Assembly (NCBI GenBank): GCA_036276135.1
Contig: DATBEL010000060.1
Location: 3,066-67,065 of the forward strand
DNA length: 64,000 bases
Direction of reading: 5' to 3'
Source: Candidatus Dormiibacterota bacterium
Lineage (GTDB): Bacteria; Chloroflexota; Dormibacteria; Aeolococcales; Aeolococcaceae
Position numbers and translations under genes: made by a program. Below the pieces are notes generated by a model. The model did no database searches and had not been told where the DNA came from. It saw only the letters and a list, made by a program, of their open reading frames with translations. This document shows positions 26,562-34,443 of the stretch, one piece after another (position 1 is the stretch's first letter; every line of letters starts with the position of its first letter).

Positions 26562-26771
26562 TCAGCGGCCGAGCAGGCTGAACAGGGTCACCGCGAACAG
26601 CGTCAGGGCGAAGCATGCGATCACGGTGATGCCCAGCCAATCGCGCACGCGCAGGACGAGCCGGCGGCGTCGGGCGGCCAGACGACGGCCGCGCAGGTGG
26701 GCGACGCGATGAGCCTGCGCGACGGCCGCCGCAGGGACGGTTCTGTCGAGTTGTTGGGTCCCTGTCAGCAC
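26562..26771 (-). CDS. small tail-anchored membrane protein (69 aa)
   Basis: GTG lies 7 nt after GGGAGG (rc of 26779-26784), and GC3 is high. It has an Arg-rich N-half and the C-terminal helix ITVIACFALTLFAVTLFSLL. Confidence 0.45.
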   Translation of the reverse strand: MLTGTQQLDRTVPAAAVAQAHRVAHLRGRRLAARRRRLVLRVRDWLGITVIACFALTLFAVTLFSLLGR

Positions 26772-26930
26772 CGTGTTGCCTCCCGAATGAATCGCGCACC
26801 TCGTGGGGTCGAGGCCACGTACCTTACAGTATCACTATCAGATTATGCACGAATGGACGCTCCCTGTATCGGGGTGAATACGGAGGGCCGCCGATGTGGT
26901 CACGGAGGTGTATCGCGCGATCTCGAGCAT

Positions 26931-26953
26931 CAAGTGCCACTTGACACTTGACA
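26931..26953. promoter_or_regulatory. candidate operator: CAAGTG-C-CACTTG palindrome fused to a second direct CACTTG copy (also gives tandem TTGACA hexamers)
   Basis: CAAGTGCCACTTGACACTTGACA read directly, 26-48 nt upstream of the MerR-family ATG. Confidence 0.4.
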
Positions 26954-26978
26954 TCCTCGGGTCCGACCATCGAGGACC

Positions 26979-27686
26979 ATGCCAGCCACCCTGCATCGGA
27001 TGCGCGACCTCGTCCGTCTCACCGGGGTGAGCGCCCCGACCATCCACTTCTACGCCCAGCAGCGCCTGCTTCCCCAGGCGCGCAAGACGGCGGGCAACCA
27101 GGCGCTCTACACCGACTCCACGACCACCCGGATCCGCTGGATCCGAGCGCTGCAGACCGAGCTCAACCTCTCGCTGCGCAGCATCGGACGTGTACTGGAG
27201 ATGCGTGGTGAGCTTCCCGTGGAGGAGATCCGCGCTCTGCAGGCGCTCGGGGCGCTCCTCGACGAGCCCGACCCCGCAGCCGGGGCGGCCGACCTCGCCG
27301 CCGTTCGCCAGCGGCTGTGCGTCGATGACGTGGCCAGTCTGCAACGCCTCGGGCTGATCGGTTCGACGGGAGCGATCAGCAGCAGCGACCTCCGTCTGCT
27401 CGACCTCGTCGCGGCGATGCGCGCGTCGGGCTTCACCGAGGAGTCGGGGTTCTCCATCGAGAACCTCGCCGTGTACCGCGACGCGGTCGAGCGCCTGGTC
27501 GCGGACGAGCTGGCGCGAATCGTCGAACCGGTGCTGCACCGCCACGACGCACAGACCCTGCGCGACCTGGTGCATCGCGGCCTTCCGCTCACCGACCGAC
27601 TCGTCTCGCTGCTCCACCAACGCGCCGTTCGCGGTGAGATGCAGCGCTGGCTCGACCTCGCACCAGAAGCGGCCGCAACCGCGTAG
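26979..27686 (+). CDS. MerR-family transcriptional regulator
   Basis: ATG follows GAGGA. N-terminal MerR HTH MRDLVRLTGVSAPTIHFYAQQRLLPQARKTAGNQALY, plus a roughly 150-aa C-terminal domain of unknown type. Confidence 0.87.
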   Translation: MPATLHRMRDLVRLTGVSAPTIHFYAQQRLLPQARKTAGNQALYTDSTTTRIRWIRALQTELNLSLRSIGRVLEMRGELPVEEIRALQALGALLDEPDPAAGAADLAAVRQRLCVDDVASLQRLGLIGSTGAISSSDLRLLDLVAAMRASGFTEESGFSIENLAVYRDAVERLVADELARIVEPVLHRHDAQTLRDLVHRGLPLTDRLVSLLHQRAVRGEMQRWLDLAPEAAATA

Positions 27687-27695
27687 GAGTCTGCC

Positions 27696-28781
27696 ATGAG
27701 CACGCGCGTCTACACCCTGCCCGTCGAGCAGACCCGTTGGAGCGTCGAGGGCGGCGCCGAGACGGTCTTCACCTGGGAGTACGACGAGGGGCGCGACCGC
27801 CTGCTCAACCTGTACGAGAAGGGCAAGAACAAGCAGTGGAACAGCCGGGATCGCATCGACTGGTCGATCGACGTTGACCACGACAACCCGCTCGAGGCTC
27901 CGGAGTACTACGTGCCGATCTACGGCAGCGACACATGGGAGCGGATGGGCGAACGCGACCGCCACCAGGTCGTGTACCACCTCGCCTCGTGGCAGTTCTC
28001 GCAGTTCCTGCATGGCGAGCAGGGCGCGTTGATCTGCGCGTCGAAGATCGTGCAGACAGTTCCCGACATCGACAGCAAGTTCTACGCCGCCACCCAGGTG
28101 ATGGACGAGGCGCGCCACGTCGAGACCTATTCGCGTTTCCTGCACGAGAAGCTCGACATGGCCTACCCGATCAACCCGCACCTGAAGTCACTCCTGGACA
28201 ACGTGGTGTCGGATTCGCGGTGGGACATGACCTACCTGGGAATGCAGGTGTTGATCGAGGGGCTGGCATTGGCGGCGTTTGGACTGATCCGTGACGTCGC
28301 CGAGAACCCGCTGGCGCGCGCCGTGTCGGCGTACGTGATGGAGGACGAGGCGCGCCACGTTGCCTTCGGCCGCCTCGCCTTGCGCGACTTCTACCCCCAG
28401 CTGTCCGAGCGCGAGCGTGACGAGCGCGAGGAGTTCTGTGTCGAGGCGTGCTACCTGATGCGTGACCGCTTCCTCGCCCACGAGGTATGGGAGAACCTTG
28501 GGCTCCCCGTCGAGGAATGCCTGCGCTTCGTCAACCAGTCGGAGTCTCAGGTCCACTTCCGCAGCCTTCTCTTCACCAGGATCGCGCCCACTCTCAAGGA
28601 CATCGGCCTGTTCGGTTCGCGCGTGCGGTCCGCGTTCGCCGACATGGGCGTTCTCGGCTACAGCGACGTGGACCTCGACGCCTTGATCGTCGACGACGAG
28701 CGCACCGCGGGCGAGATCGATGCCGGGCGGCGCGCCCAGGTGGACCAGACGATCGCCGCCGGAGCCGCGGGAGCCGCCTGA
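27696..28781 (+). CDS. ferritin-like diiron-carboxylate protein (AurF/R2-like oxygenase fold)
   Basis: 361 aa, 9 nt after the merR stop. Two E...ExxH half-sites: LHGEQG...MDEARH and IEGLA...MEDEARH. Confidence 0.82.
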   Translation: MSTRVYTLPVEQTRWSVEGGAETVFTWEYDEGRDRLLNLYEKGKNKQWNSRDRIDWSIDVDHDNPLEAPEYYVPIYGSDTWERMGERDRHQVVYHLASWQFSQFLHGEQGALICASKIVQTVPDIDSKFYAATQVMDEARHVETYSRFLHEKLDMAYPINPHLKSLLDNVVSDSRWDMTYLGMQVLIEGLALAAFGLIRDVAENPLARAVSAYVMEDEARHVAFGRLALRDFYPQLSERERDEREEFCVEACYLMRDRFLAHEVWENLGLPVEECLRFVNQSESQVHFRSLLFTRIAPTLKDIGLFGSRVRSAFADMGVLGYSDVDLDALIVDDERTAGEIDAGRRAQVDQTIAAGAAGAA

Positions 28782-28917
28782 CCGCAAGCGCGGGGTCATC
28801 TCGCCTGCCGCGGGCGTCACGACCCTGTACCAAGCTGAGCAAGCAACGGATTTGTCGTGCCTGGCTGGAGTTGGACGCACACATACTCGGTTCACGCGCG
28901 CGAGCCGCGTCCCCGCC

Positions 28918-30141
28918 ATGGGAGTCGCCACCATGCAGACCGAAGCTCTCGACAGCGCCAGCGAGTCCTCCACGCAGCCAGCCGCCACCCGATGGTTTGG
29001 CGTCGGCCGCTCCTCCGACACGGATTCCGCACGAGCCGGCGCGCAGGCGGCGGAGCTGGCGATGCGAGGCGCGGAGGGGAAGCTGGTTGTCGTCTTCGCG
29101 TCGGAGACACACGACCTTGCGGCGCTCCTCGGCGGGATCAGAACCCGGACATCCGAGGTCCCGCTGATCGGCTGCTCGACCGCCGGCGAGATCGCCTCTG
29201 ACGGCCCCGGTGACGAGGGGGTCGTGGTCGTCGCCCTCGGCGGCCCCGGCTTCGTGGCGCGTACAGCGGTCGCCCGGGGGGTGGGGGTGCGGCTTCGCGA
29301 CGCGGGTGCGGAGGTGGCGGCCTGCGCAGGCACCGCATCGGGACACGGCCACCAGGCCCTGCTCCTGCTCAGCGACGGGCTGGCCGGCGACCAGACGGAG
29401 ATCGTGCGCGGCGCCTATTCAGTGATGGGCGCGGCCACTCCGCTGGTGGGCGGTTGCGCCGGCGACGACCTGCACATGCGGCGCACCCGCCAGCTCTACG
29501 GCGGCGAGGTTCTCGATGACGCTGTTGTCGGGGCCTGGCTGGCATCCGATGCACCGCTGGGCATCGGCGTCCAGCATGGGTGGAGGCGCGTCGGCAATCC
29601 CATGCTGGTCACCGGCTCCGAGGGCAGCAAGGTGCTGTGCCTCGACGATCAGCCTGCTCTCGACGTGTACATCGAACGGCTGCAGCCGCCGGCCGAGGCC
29701 CAGGGTTCCCCCGAGGCCTTCACGAACTTCGCGCTCACCCATCCCCTGGGGTTGAGCCGTCGCAGCGGTGAGGAGGTGCGCTTCGTCGCCGGCGCAGACT
29801 TCGATGAGCGCTCGCTCAACTGCATCGCCGCGGTCCCACAGGGCGCGCTGGTGTGGATGATGGAGGGCGACGACGACTCGGTTCTGGCGGCGACCGACGC
29901 CGCCTGCCACGAGGCGCTCGGCGCGCTGGGCGGACACACGCCGATCGGCGTGCTCGCGTTCGACTGCATCGCCCGGCGCGGCGTGCTCGGCGACGAGGGC
30001 ATCAAGCGCGAGGTGGATCGGATCACCGGCCACGCCGGTGGTGGCCCTGTCGCCGGCTTCTACACGTACGGCGAGATCGCCCGCACGCACGGCGTCAACG
30101 GGTTTCACAACCAGACGCTGGTCGTCCTCGCGCTCGCGTGA
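28918..30141 (+). CDS. FIST-domain (FIST_N + FIST_C, NosP-like) sensor protein
   Basis: About 400 aa with FIST hallmarks (LVVVFAS, PLIGCSTAGEI, LLLLSDGL, PLVGGCAGD, GFYTYGEI). The start is ATG 28918 or ATG 28933; the latter follows GGGAG. Confidence 0.85.
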   Translation: MGVATMQTEALDSASESSTQPAATRWFGVGRSSDTDSARAGAQAAELAMRGAEGKLVVVFASETHDLAALLGGIRTRTSEVPLIGCSTAGEIASDGPGDEGVVVVALGGPGFVARTAVARGVGVRLRDAGAEVAACAGTASGHGHQALLLLSDGLAGDQTEIVRGAYSVMGAATPLVGGCAGDDLHMRRTRQLYGGEVLDDAVVGAWLASDAPLGIGVQHGWRRVGNPMLVTGSEGSKVLCLDDQPALDVYIERLQPPAEAQGSPEAFTNFALTHPLGLSRRSGEEVRFVAGADFDERSLNCIAAVPQGALVWMMEGDDDSVLAATDAACHEALGALGGHTPIGVLAFDCIARRGVLGDEGIKREVDRITGHAGGGPVAGFYTYGEIARTHGVNGFHNQTLVVLALA

Positions 30142-30144
30142 GGC

Positions 30145-32412
30145 ATGGAAGCCGCTGACCGCTGGTCCACCCCTCGCCTCGCGGAGTTCGTTGCCGCCGT
30201 CACCGGCGCTCCCGACGAGGCATCGGCGACGCGACGCGCCGTCGACTGGGCCACCGAAGCGCTGGAAGCCGAGATCGGGCTGGTCGTCGAGGGCTCAACC
30301 GCCCTCGCGTCGGTCGGTTTCCCTCACGGCGACGCGCCCGCGCAATTCGTGGCGGAGGCCAGTGCGGGCGATCGCGACGTGCTCGATGTCCCCGGGGTGG
30401 GCACGTGCCGGCTGGCATCGACACGTCTCGACATGGCGTTCGCGGTCGACATCGTCGTCGCCCGAGCCGGCATCGATGCGTTCAGCCGCGAGGAGATCGG
30501 GCTTCTCCGAGCCGCGGCCCGGTCGCTGACGCTGACGCTGCGTCTCTTCCGCGCGCTGGCCGCGGAGCGATCCATGAGCGACAACCTCCAGAAGCGCCAA
30601 GCGTTGCTCGAGCGACTCTCCGGCATCCAGCGCAGCATCACGCGCCGCGTGCCGCTGGCGGACGTGTTGAACACGATCACCGCCAGCGCCCGCGACCTGC
30701 TCGATGTCGAGATGGCGACGCTGCGGCTGATCGATCCGCAGTCGCCGCAGGAGATGCTGATGGCAGCGCAGGATGGCCTGCCGGCGCACATCGCCAGGTC
30801 CATCCATCGCACCAACGTCGGCGAGGGGGCCAGCGGCCGTGCCTTCGCCGAGGAGAGGCTGATCATCGTCGAGGGCGAACACGTGCTCGATGCGCGGCCC
30901 GAGCTCTTGGGTCAGAACGTGGAGTCCGCCATGGCAGCCCCGGTCCGCGACGGCGACCGGGTCACCGGGACCATCCTGGTTGCCACCACGCAGGCGGACC
31001 GTCATTTCGGAGCCGTCGAGCAGGAGGTTCTGATCGCGTTTGCCGAGCACGCCAGCCTGGCGCTGACCGACGCCAAGCGTGTCGAGCACATCCGCCAGCT
31101 CGCCTTTCACGATGAGCTCACCGGGCTGCCCAACCGCGGGCTGTTCATGGAGCGCCTCGAGCAGGCGCTGATCCGCTCGCGCCGCCGCCGCGGCCACGTG
31201 GCCGTGCTGTACCTCGATCTCGACCGCTTCAAGACCATCAACGACAGCCTGGGGCACACCGCGGGGGATCAGCTGCTCGTCACGGTCGGAGAGCGGCTGC
31301 GCCACTGCCTGCGCGACGAGGACACCGCCTCACGACTCGGGGGCGACGAGTTCGCGATCCTCGCCCATTGCGACCGCGCCGGGGCCATCGAGATCGCCGC
31401 GCGCGTGCTCGCAGCGATGGAACCCTCGTTCATCATCGAGGACCGCGAGGTGTCTGCCGCCGCGAGCATCGGCATCGCGCTTGACCGGGGTGGTCGCGCC
31501 GACGCGGGCGGGATGCTCCGCGACGCGGACACCGCGATGTACCGCGCCAAATTCGGTGCCGGCAATGGTTTCGTGGTGTTCGAGCCCAGCATGCACGCCG
31601 CGGCGATCGCCCGCATCGACCTCGAGGCCGATCTGCGCCGAGCCCTGCTCTGCAACGAGATGCGCCTTGACTACCAGCCGATCATCAGGCTCGTCGACGG
31701 GGAGATCATCGGGCTGGAGGCGCTGATCCGCTGGCATCATCCGCTCCGCGGGATCATGAACCCGCTCGACTTCATCCCGCTCGCCGAGGAGACCGGCCTG
31801 ATCGCGCCGCTCGGCCGCTGGATCGTCAGGGAGGCGTGCGATCAGGCGCGGCGCTGGCAACGCAGCGATGTTCGCCGTGGCCGGCTGTCGATCTCGGTGA
31901 ATGTGTCGCCACGTCAGCTCCAGGACACCGGGTTCGTGCAGGAGGTCGCCGACGCGCTGACGGGCTCCGGACTTGATCCGACCGACCTCGTCCTGGAGAT
32001 CACCGAGGGTGCGGTGATGGCAGACGCCGAGAGCGCCATCCGCCAGCTGCACGCGCTTCGCGCGCTCGGTGTCTCACTGGCCATCGACGACTTCGGCACC
32101 GGCCACTCGTCGCTGGCGCTGCTCCGCCGCCTCCCCGTCGACATCCTCAAGGTCGACAAGATGTTCGTCGACACCATCGTCACCGACCCGGTGGCTGCCG
32201 CCTTCCTCGAAACGATCGTGCGCATGGGCGAGATCCTGTCACTGAGCGTCATCGTCGAGGGCATCGAGTCCGCTGCCCAGGTTGCCCTGATCGCCGGCTA
32301 CGGCGGGGTGCTCGGCCAGGGGTACCAGCTGGGACGACCGATGGGCATCGCCGCGGTCGACAAGATTCTCTCCGCCGGCAGCCCCACCATGACGGGCTCG
32401 ATCGCGGTCTGA
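30145..32412 (+). CDS. GAF-GGDEF-EAL protein (diguanylate cyclase/phosphodiesterase)
   Basis: 755 aa, 3 nt after the FIST stop. Has an intact GGDEF (RLGGDEFAIL). EAL motifs are also intact (LEALIRW, NVSPRQL, EITE, DDFGTGHSSL, KVDK, EGIES, QGY). Confidence 0.93.
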   Translation: MEAADRWSTPRLAEFVAAVTGAPDEASATRRAVDWATEALEAEIGLVVEGSTALASVGFPHGDAPAQFVAEASAGDRDVLDVPGVGTCRLASTRLDMAFAVDIVVARAGIDAFSREEIGLLRAAARSLTLTLRLFRALAAERSMSDNLQKRQALLERLSGIQRSITRRVPLADVLNTITASARDLLDVEMATLRLIDPQSPQEMLMAAQDGLPAHIARSIHRTNVGEGASGRAFAEERLIIVEGEHVLDARPELLGQNVESAMAAPVRDGDRVTGTILVATTQADRHFGAVEQEVLIAFAEHASLALTDAKRVEHIRQLAFHDELTGLPNRGLFMERLEQALIRSRRRRGHVAVLYLDLDRFKTINDSLGHTAGDQLLVTVGERLRHCLRDEDTASRLGGDEFAILAHCDRAGAIEIAARVLAAMEPSFIIEDREVSAAASIGIALDRGGRADAGGMLRDADTAMYRAKFGAGNGFVVFEPSMHAAAIARIDLEADLRRALLCNEMRLDYQPIIRLVDGEIIGLEALIRWHHPLRGIMNPLDFIPLAEETGLIAPLGRWIVREACDQARRWQRSDVRRGRLSISVNVSPRQLQDTGFVQEVADALTGSGLDPTDLVLEITEGAVMADAESAIRQLHALRALGVSLAIDDFGTGHSSLALLRRLPVDILKVDKMFVDTIVTDPVAAAFLETIVRMGEILSLSVIVEGIESAAQVALIAGYGGVLGQGYQLGRPMGIAAVDKILSAGSPTMTGSIAV

Positions 32413-32426
32413 CCCAGCCGGTTCAG

Positions 32427-33080
32427 TCAGGGGGCCGAGCGGGCGATCGCCGCGACGACGCTCGGCGGCACGGGCAGGGCGGCGACGTCGTCGGGCACGA
32501 GCATCGGCTGAAGCAGTCGCGTCGACATCGGCACGACGCCCGACCACACCTGCGCCTTGCGATCGGCCGGGGTATCGATCGATCCACCGCTGCGCACCTT
32601 CGCGGTGGCCCGGTCGATCGGCAGCCACACGATCTCGGTGGCGCGCAGCTCGGTCGACGACGGCTGGCGCACCTCTGCCCAACGGCCCGGCAGAACGTGC
32701 TCGACGATCGTGCGCATCGCCGCGAGCTTGTCGGCCTCTTCCCGGATGGACGTGGCGATGCCGAAGACCATCGCCGAGCGATAGTTGAGGGAGTGGTTGA
32801 ACGCGGAGCGCGCCGCGACGATGCCGTCGATGGCGGTGACGGTCACGCAGACGGGAATCCCGCGGGTCAACGCACCGAGCATCCTGCTCAGCGTCGAGCC
32901 ATGGATGAGCAGTCGTCCGCCATCGCGTGCGTGCACGGTGGGCACGGCATAGGGCCAGCCGTCGACGCTGAAGGCGAGGTGGCAGGTGAGCTGCGAGTCA
33001 AGGATCTCGTTGATGACCTCGATGTCGGTCACCCCACGTTCGGGGTGGCGATCGTGCTGGAGATTCGGATCGGCGGTCAT
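32427..33080 (-). CDS. pyridoxamine 5'-phosphate oxidase-family flavoprotein (Pyridox_ox_2-like)
   Basis: 217 aa; the ATG follows AGGAGA. Sequence ILDSQLTCHLAFSVDGWPYAVPTVHARDGGRLLIHGS is present. Confidence 0.82.
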   Translation of the reverse strand: MTADPNLQHDRHPERGVTDIEVINEILDSQLTCHLAFSVDGWPYAVPTVHARDGGRLLIHGSTLSRMLGALTRGIPVCVTVTAIDGIVAARSAFNHSLNYRSAMVFGIATSIREEADKLAAMRTIVEHVLPGRWAEVRQPSSTELRATEIVWLPIDRATAKVRSGGSIDTPADRKAQVWSGVVPMSTRLLQPMLVPDDVAALPVPPSVVAAIARSAP

Positions 33081-33152
33081 GCGGTCTCCTGGGGCATGCG
33101 TTCGGCCGCGCGCATGGTGGCTGGTGCAGCATCATTTCAGGCGGCGCGGCAC

Positions 33153-33224
33153 GCCCGCATCGTCTAGCGGTCAGGACACCACCCTTTCAAGGTGGTAACC
33201 GGGGTTCGACTCCCCGTGCGGGTA
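33153..33224 (+). tRNA. tRNA-Glu (anticodon TTC), 72 nt, no encoded CCA
   Basis: GCCCGCA TC GTCT AGCGGTCA GGAC A CCACC CTTTCAA GGTGG TAAC CGGGG TTCGACT CCCCG TGCGGGT A. G1-U72 wobble and a typical Glu D-arm. Confidence 0.93.
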
Positions 33225-33252
33225 CTATGCTGCGGCAAGCATGGAGACACGG

Positions 33253-33909
33253 ATGCCAAGACTGCGCGCGCACAACCTCGCCATCTCACTCGACGGGTAC
33301 ATGGCAGGACCCGACCAGAGCATCGACGACCCCCTCGGGGTTGGCGCGATGCGGTTGCATGACTGGGTGTTCGCGACCCGCAGCTTCCGACGAATGCAGG
33401 GGATGGATGGCGACGACGGCGAGGCGGGGCTCGACGACGACTTCATCGCCCAGGGCGACGACGGTATCGGCGCCACCATCATGGGGCGGAACATGTTCGG
33501 TCCGATTCGCGGAGCCTGGGGCAGCGACGACTGGAAGGGTTGGTGGGGAGACGACCCGCCGTTTCACCACCAGGTGTTCGTGCTCACCCATCACCCGCGC
33601 CCGTCCATACCGATGCAGGGCGGCACCACCTTCCACTTCGTCGACTCCGGGATCGAAGCCGCGCTGGAGCGAGCGTTCGACGCTGCCGAGGGTGGTGACG
33701 TCAGGCTCGGCGGCGGCGCCGCGACCGTTCAGCAGTACCTCCGGGCCGGCCTGATCGATGACATCCACGTGGCGATCGTGCCCATCCTGCTCGGCGCGGG
33801 CGAGCGACTCTTCGACCACGTCGGCGGCGCTCCGGCGAGCTATGAGTGCGTCGAATTGGTCAGCTCGGCCGCGGTGACGCACGTGCGTATGGCCCGAGTG
33901 ACAGGGTAG
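33253..33909 (+). CDS. dihydrofolate reductase-like (RibD C-terminal domain) family protein
   Basis: Contains LAISLDGYMAGP and GRNMF. ATG 33253 is preferred (GGAGA 5 nt upstream); the ORF-track ATG is 33241. Confidence 0.83.
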   Translation: MPRLRAHNLAISLDGYMAGPDQSIDDPLGVGAMRLHDWVFATRSFRRMQGMDGDDGEAGLDDDFIAQGDDGIGATIMGRNMFGPIRGAWGSDDWKGWWGDDPPFHHQVFVLTHHPRPSIPMQGGTTFHFVDSGIEAALERAFDAAEGGDVRLGGGAATVQQYLRAGLIDDIHVAIVPILLGAGERLFDHVGGAPASYECVELVSSAAVTHVRMARVTG

Positions 33910-33970
33910 GAGCCGCCGCGCGCTCCTTCCCTATACTCGGCGGCGTCGTCGTCCACCCTGCGGGAGCTCC

Positions 33971-34426
33971 ATGTCCTTCCGAGAGATTGCCGGCAAGGTG
34001 ATCGGCTTCGGCCTCACCGCCATCGCCCTGATCGGGGGCGGGATCCTCGTGCTCATCGGTCCCCACGCCTACAACGACTACCTCAATGTCGCGCTCGGCG
34101 TCATCCTGATCCTCTTCGGCCTCGGCGCCGGAGGCTTCGGGACCATGGTCATCGCCGGCGTCGTCCTCGACGAGCGTGCCCGCCTGCGCGAGGACCGGCT
34201 GCACGTGACCCCCCGCAGCGGTCCGCCGGCGCCCCCGCCGGCGTGGGGCATGGGTGACATCGGCAGGCCGGGCGCAGGTGGCGTGGCCCACGTCGGAGAG
34301 CCGCCGCGCGGCGGCGGGACGGTCAGCCTGGTCAGCGTCGTCGCACGGAACTGGGATGGCCCGTTGCTGATCGTCGGGCTCATCGCGTGGACGATCGTGG
34401 CGCTGCTCATCGCCGCTCCGAGGTGA
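33971..34426 (+). CDS. hypothetical membrane protein (151 aa)
   Basis: ATG follows GGGAG. It has three or four hydrophobic helices and a Pro/Gly-rich loop. No family recognised. Confidence 0.5.
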   Translation: MSFREIAGKVIGFGLTAIALIGGGILVLIGPHAYNDYLNVALGVILILFGLGAGGFGTMVIAGVVLDERARLREDRLHVTPRSGPPAPPPAWGMGDIGRPGAGGVAHVGEPPRGGGTVSLVSVVARNWDGPLLIVGLIAWTIVALLIAAPR

Positions 34427-34443
34427 CCGAAGGCCGCACCCCG

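Noticed and set aside
26838-28181. 447-aa minus-strand ORF
   Set aside because: It is antisense to the MerR and diiron-protein genes, which have clear HTH and ExxH motifs.
28782-28917. Possible c-di-GMP riboswitch in the 136-nt gap before the FIST gene (GGACGCACACA resembles part of GEMM-I GGGACGCAAAGCC)
   Set aside because: Only one short partial match is present. The paired GNRA/receptor helices and the conserved CGCAAA/GGCAAACC elements are not visible.
34387-34443. Longer gltX start (ORF-track 34387)
   Set aside because: It would overlap the preceding membrane-protein gene and add 19 non-conserved residues. ATG 34444 gives the canonical MRTRFAPSPTG N-terminus.
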